A stretch of 64,000 bases of DNA. Source: Prasinococcaceae sp. CCMP 1430 (taxonomy: Eukaryota > Plantae > Prasinodermophyta). The first letter of the stretch is position 1. The number at the start of each line of letters is the position of its first letter. The position numbers and the translations under genes are program-made. The DNA lies in assembly GCA_013416795.1 (NCBI GenBank), contig RQSC01000001.1, positions 317,834-381,833 on the forward strand. Reading direction: 5' to 3'. Shown here piece after piece: positions 1 to 10,700 of this stretch. The notes beneath the pieces are model-generated. The model saw only the letters and a list, made by a program, of their open reading frames with translations, was not told the DNA's origin and did no database searches.

Positions 1-1139
1 GCGCGCGCGGGCCGGCGACGCACTCGCTCGCGGCGGGGGGCGCCGGGCTGGCTGGCGGGTTCCTCCGCCCACAGGCTCTGCCGCCCGGCGTCCCGTCGTG
101 CGCGAGAGGAGAGCGCACCCTCAGTCAGTAGTCGGTCCGTCTGTCTGTCCTCTCGCTAGCTGTGGCTGGAGCGGCGGTCGGTCGATGGGCGTCGCGAGCC
201 TGGCCAGTACCTCGCGCGTGCGGGGCGTGGGTGGGTTGGGTGGTGGGTTGGTTCGGGTCCCCTTGCTTGTTGGGTCGGTCGGTCGGGTGCTCTCGCTCGC
301 TCGCATGCCTCGCGCGAGCCGAAGAACCAACCAACCGGTGCTCCCACACACCCACCCAGCCAGCCACCCCAGCCAGCCGGCCGGTGGGGTAGCAGGCCGG
401 CGCGGAGGTTGTCAGTCAGGCTCGCCCTGGTTCGGTTCGGCCGCGGCCGGCGCGTGCGTCGGCTCAAGCCTTTCGCGGCTCGCACTGGCTGGCTGGCTGG
501 TGAGCTCAGCCAGCCGCGCGGCCCATGCAACCGCAACCTCCCCCGCCGGCGACCATCGTGCGCGCCCATGCATTCCGACGACAGTTTGCGTGCAAGACCC
601 CAAACCGTCGGCGTCCGCCGTGCATGTTGTTTGTCGGCCATCGACATCGAAGGAAGTTTTGATTCGTCACTTTGCATGCGACGAAGAGCGCGCGTCGGGC
701 GAGTGCAAACCCTGTCGAGGCCAGCCGCCGACGCCGGCCTGACGGTGCTCGAGGCGCTCGCGGGCGCGGCGGCAGTGGGCGCGTTGGGCGCGGGGAGGGG
801 GGCGCTCGGGGTGCGCGAGGCGACGCTCGCGTGCGGGACGCCCGGCAGGGGCGGCGCCGTCGGGATTGACGCGTGGCGGCGCGGCGTCCGCGACGCGATG
901 CCATGCGGGTGGATGCACAGGCCGCGGGCGAGGCGATGGCGGGCGATGGCGCCCATCCAGCGCGCGCACACCGCGCGCTGCACTCTGCGAGTGCAAGCGC
1001 AGGAAGACACATGCGCAAGAGGTGCGGCGGAAGGTGAGGAGGCAACCATGGCCTGGGGAGGGCACGAGACAGGCCTGAAGCGCGTACCTCTCCCCCCGCC
1101 GAAGAGAACGGGCTGGCCGCAACTGTGCCGCTGCCGCTG

Positions 1140-1913
1140 NNNNNNNNNNNNNNNNNNNNNNNNNNNNNNNNNNNNNNNNNNNNNNNNNNNNNNNNNNNNN
1201 NNNNNNNNNNNNNNNNNNNNNNNNNNNNNNNNNNNNNNNNNNNNNNNNNNNNNNNNNNNNNNNNNNNNNNNNNNNNNNNNNNNNNNNNNNNNNNNNNNNN
1301 NNNNNNNNNNNNNNNNNNNNNNNNNNNNNNNNNNNNNNNNNNNNNNNNNNNNNNNNNNNNNNNNNNNNNNNNNNNNNNNNNNNNNNNNNNNNNNNNNNNN
1401 NNNNNNNNNNNNNNNNNNNNNNNNNNNNNNNNNNNNNNNNNNNNNNNNNNNNNNNNNNNNNNNNNNNNNNNNNNNNNNNNNNNNNNNNNNNNNNNNNNNN
1501 NNNNNNNNNNNNNNNNNNNNNNNNNNNNNNNNNNNNNNNNNNNNNNNNNNNNNNNNNNNNNNNNNNNNNNNNNNNNNNNNNNNNNNNNNNNNNNNNNNNN
1601 NNNNNNNNNNNNNNNNNNNNNNNNNNNNNNNNNNNNNNNNNNNNNNNNNNNNNNNNNNNNNNNNNNNNNNNNNNNNNNNNNNNNNNNNNNNNNNNNNNNN
1701 NNNNNNNNNNNNNNNNNNNNNNNNNNNNNNNNNNNNNNNNNNNNNNNNNNNNNNNNNNNNNNNNNNNNNNNNNNNNNNNNNNNNNNNNNNNNNNNNNNNN
1801 NNNNNNNNNNNNNNNNNNNNNNNNNNNNNNNNNNNNNNNNNNNNNNNNNNNNNNNNNNNNNNNNNNNNNNNNNNNNNNNNNNNNNNNNNNNNNNNNNNNN
1901 NNNNNNNNNNNNN
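1140..1913. other. Assembly gap (N run)
   Basis: Continuous Ns from 1140 to 1913, flanked by GC-rich and (GC)n sequence. ORFs that span it are artefacts. Confidence 0.99.
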
Positions 1914-3607
1914 GCGCGCGCGCGCGCGCGCGCGCCGCTCCGCGCCGCCGCCGCCGCGGTACGGAAGCGCGAAACCGCCGCGCTTCCGCTAAATCGCCTT
2001 CTCACGAATTCCAATTTCAATCCTCACACCTTCCGTCGATTCTAAGAGGTACGTTTCCATCTGCATGGCTCGTACGCCGATCGTTTCATTTGCATTTGAT
2101 GTGGGGGTTCGCGTACGTCACGTCTCGAGCGCCGACTGAGAGCTTCCATGAAAACGCATTCGAACGGCGAGGGAGGGAAGCGGGCGTCTCGAGCGCGAGC
2201 GGGGTTGAGGTTCGCAACGCCGCGACGCGCTCATGACTGCTTTCTCACGTCGATCGCATGTACGGTATTTTGTGTAGGGTTTGTTGTGTCAGATGCGTTT
2301 TGACGACGGGTGCGTCTCGCCGCGTTTCGCCCCCGCGCCCCCGCGAATTCCCGCCGGAGCGGCGCGCGCTTTCGCGGCCGGCGTCGCGTCGCCTCCGCTT
2401 TCCGCGATACCCCGCGCGCGCGCGCGCGCGCTTTTTCGGCGCCGGCCTCGCCCGGAACCGGGCCGCCTCGGAGGGCCACGTAGCGACACCTCGGCCGGCC
2501 ACGTCGATGTTTACGCGCGAAATCGCGGCGGGGGGCGCCGCCCAAATTCCGGCGTTTTTTGGTGAGGGGGCCGTCCCCGCCCTCGCCGCCCGCGCCCCGA
2601 AATCCCGCTGTGTGTGCGCTGAAATGCATTTGACGCATGCGTTTTCGCTCCCGTTTCGAGCCGCGCGCGTGAAGATTCGCACGCGCGCGCACCCGACGCG
2701 CGCGCATTTGGAAAACCGCGCGTCAGGAATAGAGGCATTCGATGGAGAAGAAGAACGGGAGTTTCCGCCGCACTTGCATGCGATTTCGCCATCGCTCTAA
2801 AACACATGACCACAGTTGTTGTTGTCGAGGAGAGCGTAGAGTCGCCCGTGGGCAATCATGCCATATTTGTTGACGTCGTTTCGAGCGTTGTGGGAGGGCG
2901 AACGAGGGCCACACACGCACGCGCGCGCACGCGGCCTCGCGCGCTCTCGCCGGGCCGCCGCCGCTTCCGTTTCCGTACCGCCCCGTGCCCGTGCCTGGCC
3001 CCTCCCGCGGCGCGCCCGCGCCCGCGCGGCGAGAGCGAGAGCCCGGTCGGACCCCAGTCCAGCCAGGCGCGCGCCTGGCGACGCACGCACACGCACACGC
3101 ACCTCCGCGCTTCTCGGGTCCCGCCAGTCGGGCAGGAAGCGCCGCCGGCCGCGCGCGCGCGCGCGCGCGCGCCGCGACCGGAACCCTTTCGCCCGCACCT
3201 CACCCACACCGAAACTCCATCCACCCCTCCAAACCACCCCCGCTTTTCTTTCCATTGCGCCCTGACCTACCCCTCACCGACATATCATTCGCACCGCTAG
3301 TCCCCCACGCCAACGTCTTTTGACGTGCGAAACATCCGCCCTCGACGCAAGGCATTGTAACGCACAAATTCCGAATGAGGGGCGCGAGCGATGCGAAATC
3401 GTGTGCGATGATCGACGGAGACGCGATGATTGCGGGCGTCGAATATGCGGGTTCCGCGCTTTTAGGGTTCCGCGCTTTTTTTTTTTTTTTCCCCTACGGC
3501 GGCGGCGGCGTCCCGAATGGGTGGGCGACACCCGCCGCCGGGGCGGCCGCGCGGATTGGCGTTTCGGCGCGCGCGGCGTTCCGCGGTTCGTGCCCGTTCG
3601 GGTCGCG

Positions 3608-3728
3608 NNNNNNNNNNNNNNNNNNNNNNNNNNNNNNNNNNNNNNNNNNNNNNNNNNNNNNNNNNNNNNNNNNNNNNNNNNNNNNNNNNNNNNNNNNNNN
3701 NNNNNNNNNNNNNNNNNNNNNNNNNNNN
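3608..3728. other. Assembly gap (N run), may hide the 5' part of the BBX gene
   Basis: Ns from 3608 to 3728, just upstream of the B-box coding region. Confidence 0.99.
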
Positions 3729-3797
3729 GGCGCGTGCGATGCGCGCACGGCGCGCGGCGGGGGCGAGCGCGTGGCGCTCGCCCCGCCGGCGGGCGGC

Positions 3798-4839
3798 ATG
3801 GCCATGTGCGACATCTGCCAGTCCGCCGAGGCGCACTTCTTCTGCATGCAGGACCGCTCGCTGATGTGCCGCGCGTGTGACAAGGGACTGCACTCCAAGG
3901 GCGGCGCGCGCAAGCACGGCCGCTACCTCGTGCCCGGCGTGTGCGTGCCGCCGTTGGAGGAGGCCGGCGCCGGAGGCGGGAGCGCAGACGCTGGTGCCCC
4001 TGCGAGGAACGGCACGGCCGTGGCGGCGCCACAGAAGCAGCAGCAGCAGCCGCAGCCGCAGCAGCAGCGACAGCGGCAAAAACAGCCGCAGCTTCAGCAG
4101 CAGAACGGGAGGGGCGGGGCAGGCGCGTCTGCGGGCATCAGCGGCATGATGGGCATGGGCTCCACGTACGCGTTGGCGGGCCAGCAGCAGCGATCACAGG
4201 TGCGATGGCGCGCGCGCGTTGCGCGCGCGCGGCGCGCCCGACGGTGCTCGCTCGCACGCGTGCGCTGACGTCTGCAACTGCCTGCGAACGCGCCCCTCGC
4301 AGCTCGATCACGTTGCGAACATGCAGCGCCTGCAGGGGCAGCAGCAGCACGTGGCTCAGGTGCAGATGATGCCGGCAGGCGGCGCGGGCGCGTCTGGCTC
4401 GCGAGCGGGGACAGTTCCGATGGGACGGCAGGTGAGCCTCGGCGACCCGTTGCAGCTCGACGAGCTCCTCGGCCTGCAGGGGCTCGCCGAGAACGGCTAC
4501 ACGGTGCAGGACGTGATGGTGCCCAAGAACGATGCCGATCCAGACGGGTACCTCTTCGAGGGCCTGGCCGACTTCGACGACGAGGACCTCATGGTCCCTG
4601 GCTACGATCCCAACGCAATAGGCGCTCTGTCCAGCCGCGGGTACTCGGGCTTTCCGGGCATGCCTGGGGTGGGCGTGGCGGGTGGGAGCGGGCCGTCCAA
4701 CGGAAGCTTCAACGACGACGGCGTCGTTCCGGACTTCGGCGCGTCGGGCGCCGCGTCGGGCGGCGCGCGGGGCACGAAGCGACAGAGAGGGCAAGGGCTG
4801 GGGCTTGCACAGGCGCTCAGCTCCAGACCGAGGCGGTAG
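3798..4839 (+). CDS. BBX: B-box zinc-finger protein (plant BBX, DBB/group IV-like, no CCT domain), 2 exons; true start may lie in the upstream gap
   Basis: Exon 3798-4199 encodes CDICQSAEAHFFCMQDRSLMCRACDKGLH...KHGRYLVPGV, a plant B-box2 pattern, then a Q-rich tract. Intron 4200-4302 (GT..AG, phase 0, GCTGAC branch point). Exon 4303-4839 ends with GVVPDFG and a basic tail. In-frame ERVAL upstream resembles the end of a first B-box. Confidence 0.85.
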
Positions 4840-5336
4840 ACGCGCGCGGGGCGGCGGGCGAAGCACGCGCGCAGCGCGCGCGCGCGCGCCAGATCGACGC
4901 ACGCACGCACAACACCTGGCGACGCCGGTGTGCCTGAGATCGCGGGCGCTGCCCTGTCGGGGGCGCGTGGGCCTGGCACGAATGATGAGACAGAGCGCTC
5001 GACGTGCGCTCGCCGTGCGCGCATGCACGCCTCTGGACGCGGGCGCGCAAATGCGTGGCGATGAGGAGAGACCGGGAGGAGGCCCGCCGTCACGACAGCG
5101 TGACAGCGGGCACAGCATGTGAAATAGTATATGCACAGCACATAAGCAACTTCCGTTGACTCGACGCGCACCCTGAGTCGCGCATAGCGCTCCCCACGCG
5201 CGTGCCGCCGCGCTCAGACCTCGCTCGCGAGCTGCAGCACGCGCGGTTTGGCGCGCGCACTTGGCGGCCCGCGCTACGGCACGCCTGATGTGCTGGATAT
5301 TACTTGCCGCGCGCGCGCGCGCTCCCGTGTCCGCGC

Positions 5337-7466
5337 TCAGCCCAAGACCTTCGCCATCGCCTCGTCCCTCTCCCTCTTTTCCGTCTCGCAGTCGTCGTTT
5401 GGCGCCAGCACATTCTCCCAGTACTTGCGCACCACCTGGGGCCAGTTGACCGTGTCGCGAAACCACGGGCGGCACAACACCGTATACAGCACGGGGGGCG
5501 GGAGGTCGCCTGTGTTGCCGGCGCCGCGATGGACCACTCGGAAGTCGAAGAGCAGCGCGTCGCCGGCCTTCAGGTCCACACGCGCGGGCTTGACGGGGCC
5601 CTTGGGGTAGCCGTGGCGATGGGAGCGTGGGATGAACTCGGTGGGGCCGTTGGTGCCATCAACATCCACCAGCGGCATGAAGACGTTGATGGCGTACGGC
5701 GGCAGATCGAACTGCGGCGGGCCCTGCGGGCCCGCGCCCTCAGCCTGCACGTCGAGGCCCTCGGCGAAGAGAGGCCTGCCGTCGGCGTGAAACTGTTGGC
5801 TCTGCGCGCTTGGCGTGGTCCACAAAACGCCCATGTAGGCCACCGTGGGTTCGCCACCGAGCAGGCGCCGACCGAGGTCCATCCACGGCGCGTCGCGGTG
5901 CGCGAAGGCGTACTCGTCGGCGGCGAGCTGCGGGACGACCAGGTCGTACCGCCCGGCGGTGCGCTGCTGCGAGAGGGTGTACTTGCCGGCCTCAGCCGAC
6001 GCGCCGACCTCGTGCGCGAGCTTGGACGACTGCTCGACTTGCGCGTCGGTGAGCGCCCCGCGCACCACGCACACGCCGAGCTCGCGGAATGCGGCATCAT
6101 CTGTTCCACACGCGGCGATCTGCTCGGCGAGCGGAGTGTCGTCCACCTCTGCAGCCGCTGCGGCTGCGCGCTTCGCCGCGCGCTGCGCCTTGAGCTCCTC
6201 CACGAGCGCGCGCAGCTCCGCCTTGCGGGCGGGCTCGTCCGCGGCGTCGTAGTCGCCGTCCTCCTCATCGGCTGATGTGTCGGTGTCGTAGTCATCGTAG
6301 TCATCGCTGTCGTGCTCGCCATCCTCGTCACGCGCAGCGCCGTCTGGGCGCTCGCCCGCGTCGCCCCAGTCGCCACCCCGCTCCGCTTCAGCGGTGGCGT
6401 AGCCGTTGACGTTGGCGTGGTAGTCCGCCATGGCCGCAGCGACCTCCCCCTCACTCGGCTCATCGCCACTGTCGCTGTCGCTGCTGCCGCTGTCGCCATC
6501 GCTCAAGTCGCTGCCATCGCCGTGCGCCACGTTGGCCTCGAAGTCGGCGACGGCAACAGCATCGTCGTCCGAGTCGGTTTCGCTCTCGTCGCTCTCGTCG
6601 CTGTCGTCGCTGTCGTCGCCGTCACCGTCGCTGTCGCTGCTCTCACCGGCAGCGGCGCCGCGGGCGACGTTTTCCTCGTAGTCTGCCATCGCATCCGCAT
6701 AGTCATCATCCGAGTCGCTGTCGGACTCTCCGAAGCTCTCGCCCCCATCGCTATCGCTCGCGCGCATGGCGTCCTCGCCGGAGTCATACGCCACCAGACC
6801 AGGGCCGTCGGAGTCATCGGAGTCGTACGCGCGCAGGACGAAGCCTTCGCCGGCGCCAGCGCCGTTGATAGGTTCGCCGTCCGAGCCTGAGTCCTGGTCG
6901 TCATCGTCGGCGGCGCGCGCGCGTCGCAGCTTTGCAAGAGCGCGCCGCGCCGCCGCCGCCATCGCGCTGCCCGGAGCGCGCGAGCGCCGAAGCTTGCGCA
7001 GCGCCAGCTCCGCCACGACATCCTCGTGGTCTTCCTCGCCCTCGCTATCGAGACCGCTCCCACTCATCGTGTCCTCGGAGCCGCTGTCGCTCGCGCCAGC
7101 GCCCTCGAAGTCGAAGCCTGCGGGGGGATCGGCGAGGTCGAACGTGACGGTGTACTCATCATCGCTGTCGCTCTCGCTCTCGCTGTCGCTCTCGCTGTCG
7201 CTGTCGCTGTCGCTCTCGCTGTCGCTGTCGCTGTCGCTGTCGCTGTCGAGGTTGAACGTGACGGCGTACTCATCGTCGTCATCGCTGCCGTCACTGTCGC
7301 TGCTGCCGCCGCCGCCATACTCAGCGGCGAGCTCCCCCAGCTCGGCCGCGCGCGCCACCGCCGCGCGGCCGCGATGCGCTGCCACGCCTGTGTGGTGCGC
7401 CACCAGCCGCCCCCGCCCGGAGCAGCCGCCGCGGCGGCTGCAGCGGCCGCCGGCCGCCCCCACCAT
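5337..7466 (-). CDS. Phytanoyl-CoA dioxygenase (PhyH)-family Fe(II)/2OG oxygenase with a long Asp/Ser-rich N-terminal region
   Basis: 709-aa ORF. The C-terminal domain has HAD (QQFHADG), GPTEFIPRSH and DALLFDFRVVHRGAGN, giving the HxD...H triad. The N-terminal ~430 aa are acidic and low complexity. Confidence 0.8.
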   Translation of the reverse strand: MVGAAGGRCSRRGGCSGRGRLVAHHTGVAAHRGRAAVARAAELGELAAEYGGGGSSDSDGSDDDDEYAVTFNLDSDSDSDSDSESDSDSDSESDSESESDSDDEYTVTFDLADPPAGFDFEGAGASDSGSEDTMSGSGLDSEGEEDHEDVVAELALRKLRRSRAPGSAMAAAARRALAKLRRARAADDDDQDSGSDGEPINGAGAGEGFVLRAYDSDDSDGPGLVAYDSGEDAMRASDSDGGESFGESDSDSDDDYADAMADYEENVARGAAAGESSDSDGDGDDSDDSDESDESETDSDDDAVAVADFEANVAHGDGSDLSDGDSGSSDSDSGDEPSEGEVAAAMADYHANVNGYATAEAERGGDWGDAGERPDGAARDEDGEHDSDDYDDYDTDTSADEEDGDYDAADEPARKAELRALVEELKAQRAAKRAAAAAAEVDDTPLAEQIAACGTDDAAFRELGVCVVRGALTDAQVEQSSKLAHEVGASAEAGKYTLSQQRTAGRYDLVVPQLAADEYAFAHRDAPWMDLGRRLLGGEPTVAYMGVLWTTPSAQSQQFHADGRPLFAEGLDVQAEGAGPQGPPQFDLPPYAINVFMPLVDVDGTNGPTEFIPRSHRHGYPKGPVKPARVDLKAGDALLFDFRVVHRGAGNTGDLPPPVLYTVLCRPWFRDTVNWPQVVRKYWENVLAPNDDCETEKRERDEAMAKVLG
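7160..7250 (-). repeat. Coding hexanucleotide repeat encoding (Ser-Asp/Glu)n
   Basis: (CTGTCG/CTCTCG)n on the + strand reads SDSDSDSDSESDSDSDSESDSESESDSDD on the minus strand. Confidence 0.95.
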
Positions 7467-7475
7467 AGAACATAG

Positions 7476-7497
7476 AACCCTTAATACCTAACCCTAA
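7476..7497. promoter_or_regulatory. Telomere-like/telo-box motif just upstream of the PhyH start
   Basis: AACCCTTAATACCTAACCCTAA lies 10-30 bp upstream of the minus-strand ATG at 7466. Confidence 0.45.
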
Positions 7498-7709
7498 CAC
7501 CTCGGTCCGAGGTCAAAACGCATCCGACGACGCGATTTCATATCAAAACACCCACACTACGTACGTACTGTACACCACGCGCCGCGCCCATGCACGCGGT
7601 GCCCCCGCGGGCCCCCCGCGTCAACCGTGGGCCCGCTCCCGCTCGCGCGGGCGCGCGTGAGTGTGCGTGGGGTGCAATGTGTCGGTATTATGTTGTTGCT
7701 CGCGGGCGC

Positions 7710-10700
7710 TCACGCGCCGCGCGTGCCCAGCTTGGGCGCCTGCCACATGGGCAGCGTGCGGGCGAGCGCCTCGAGGCGCTCCACGACCTCGTCGAAGGTG
7801 GGGCGCGCGTCGGGGTCGGTTGCCCAGCACTGCTCGATGAGCTCCCTGTAGCCGGCGCTCACGCCAGCCGGGATGGCGGGCCGCTCACCGCGGTCGATGA
7901 GGCGCATGATCTGCATGGGCGCCAGCCCCTTGAAGGGCTCCTCCTGCGTGAGAAGTTCCCACAGGATGACGCCGTACGAGTACACGTCAGCTTTCTCGTT
8001 GTACGGCGCCGAGTCGAGCACCTCAGGCGCCATCCAGCCCCACGTGCCGACCTGCGTGAAGGCCACAGAGGACGCCTTCGTCCTCGCCAGGCCGAAGTCA
8101 GCCGTCTTCACGCGAAAGCGCGCGTCGACCAGCAGGTTGCAAGATTTGAGGTCTCTGTGCAGCACGGGGCGGTCGAGCGTGTGGAGGTGGAGCACGCCGC
8201 GCGCAATGTCGGTCGCCCATTTGATGGCGAGCGGCAGCGGCAGCCGTCCGCGCAACTGCCGCAGGACGTGGAAGAGCGAGCCATGCTCGCAGTGTTCCAT
8301 GACAATCCCCAGGTTTGGCGGCGTTGTGCACGCGCCCTTGAACTCGACCACGTTGGGATGGCGCACCTGCATGAGCGTGTTGACTTCGCGGAGGAAGTCA
8401 TCCAGCACCGCCGAGTCGCGTCCAGCGTTAACATTCTGCAGGCGCTTCATCGCCACCGTCTGCCCACGCCACTGCGCAGTAACCACGTCACCGAATGCGC
8501 CACGGCCGATCGTCCTGCCAATGTCCAGCTCGCTGAAGTCAATGCTGTACTGCGCCGGCAAGGGCACGAAGCCCGACGGCCCTTCAAAGTCGCCCACGCG
8601 AGGCGGACGAGGCGCGATCGGCTGGCCCAGCTCGTTCACGTTCGAGTTGATCACGAACGTGCCAGCAGCCGACGAAGAGGCGGGCACCACAGTCGGCTGC
8701 GGCGAGGTCTGGTACATGGCCGCGGCCCACTCGGCGTCGAGATTCTGCGTGTGCATGTGCGTTTGGAGCTGGTCGAGTAGGTCGCGCTCAGCGGTCGCGC
8801 GCGCGGCAAGTTCGAGCTGTCGCTGCTGCTCAAGGGTTCGCTGCTCATTCATCGACAGCCCACGGGTCACTTTGGGAGGCACTGCAGCGAAAGCACTTGT
8901 ACCAGCGGAGGCGTCGGGCGAGCCTCCCAATTTGGGTTCCGGTTGAGCCTTGGGGGCTGCCCGCGCGGCGGTGCCGGGATGCACTTGCGGGTGCGTAGGT
9001 GCAGCACCTGTGGCGGCCTTTGCGTGCGATCGCATGACCCCCGCGGGCGGCGACTTGCGCCTGTCCTTGCTCCACGCACGGCTAAGCCGGTGCGTTTCGT
9101 CCATGTCCGCGAGCAGATTCTGCGCGGCCTGCTGCATAATCTCCTCCGCTGAGCCACCGCTGAAAGAGCGCCTGCGATGTGGCTGCTTGACCTGCTCGGG
9201 CGCAGTCGTGCGCGCTCCAGGCGAGCCACCGCGGCCCGCCGCACCCGAGGGGGCCTGCGTCGTCTGCGCTGCTAGTCCGTAAGGGGGGCGCGATTGCTGT
9301 AGCATCGGACGCTGTACGAACGGAGGGGGTGGCGCCGCCGCACCGGTGGAGTGCGCGTGATGTGGAGGCGAGGTACCGCCCGCACTCGCGCTTGGTGGCG
9401 CCGGCACACGCGCATTTGGCGGCAGCGGCGGCCGTACGCCGGCTACAGTCGCGGATACCTGCGCGCTCGACGTGAACGTCTGCCACCCCGGCGGGCGCTG
9501 CGCGTCACTACTCGAAATGCGTCTGTCTGGGCTCGATCCTCCGGAAGGGGTTCCCGCGCTGCTGGTTTCGAATGGCTCCCACTGCGGCGGCGGAGCGAAC
9601 GGAGAGGCTCTGTTCTGAGCCGCCTGCGGCGCTGGCGGCGGCGCGAGTGCTGGAATGTTCTGCTGTGCCGGCACCTGCTGCTGCTGCCGCGCCGACGCCT
9701 GCTTTTCCTGGTGAAAGGGCTGCTGCTGCACCTGCATCTGCAGCTGTGCCTGCAGCATCTGCGCGAGCTGCGCCTGCGATTGCTGTATCTGGGCCTGGTG
9801 AGTCCCCTTGGGCACCCTGTCGGGAGTGCTCGCACCGTCTAGCGCCTGTTTTGCGTGCGTGCTGCCGGGCACCGCGCCCTGAGAGAGAAGGGCGCTCAGT
9901 TCCGTGTTTGCGCTTCTGTTGCGCCTGTGGTCACCTGCGGGCGCTGGCAGCGCCGGCATGGGAGGGCCCGCCTTGATCTCAGGCGGGAGCGTCATGAACG
10001 CCTCCTTTGCGCGCTGCGATGGCGTCCCCACGTCGGGAGCCTGCACCTGGGTGAGCGCCGCGGCTGCTGTCTCCTGTTGTGCCTGCCCATGCGTCAGCGA
10101 GGTCGCCTCACCAAACAGCGCGGCCTGGAGCGGTGGTAACGCCTTCTGCTGAGTGCCATTCCCATCCTGCCAAAGCGGGCGGGCGCCGACCTGCACGCGC
10201 CCGGCGAGGTAGCCGAGCACATCGGGTGCGGCCTTGGAGAGCGCGGGAGGCTCCAATCCCGCGAGGCGGATCTCGGCGCGCGCGCGGCGAAAGACGTCAC
10301 GAAGCTCCCCGTGCAGGCGGCTGAAGAGCCCTGCCGCTTGCTGGATGCGCTTGAGTTCCGCTGGGGTGAGCGGTGGCGGTGGCGCCCCCGCGGCGCTCAC
10401 GCCGCGCGCCACGTTGACAAGCGTGTATCCCGCGATGTCATATAGCAGGTCGGCCTCACGCAACAGCGGTAACGCCGCCATCAGTTTCAACTCAATAACG
10501 CCGAGGGCGGCCTCGCCGTCCTCCTCGTCCTCCGGTCGAGCCGTGCGGTATCGACGAAGGGACGATAGCAGGATCTCCAGGGCGTGAACCACGTGGCTGA
10601 GTATACGAAGCAAAGACTCGGCGGCATCGATCGAGAGCGGCGAATCCTGGCCGGCCGAGGCCGCGTGACGGCGCGGTCGGAAAGAGTAGTTGTTCTCAAA

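Noticed and set aside
98-2045. Long ORFs 409-1992, 506-2020 and 1125-2045, and other ORFs in 98-1140
   Set aside because: Their length comes from reading through the N gap. The flanks are GC-rich, low-complexity translations with no recognisable domain, so no gene is called.
2231-3323. Many overlapping 60-180 aa ORFs, and a possible ncRNA at about 2720-2900
   Set aside because: Arg/Ala-rich translations typical of GC-rich non-coding DNA. No recognisable tRNA, snRNA or box C/D signature.
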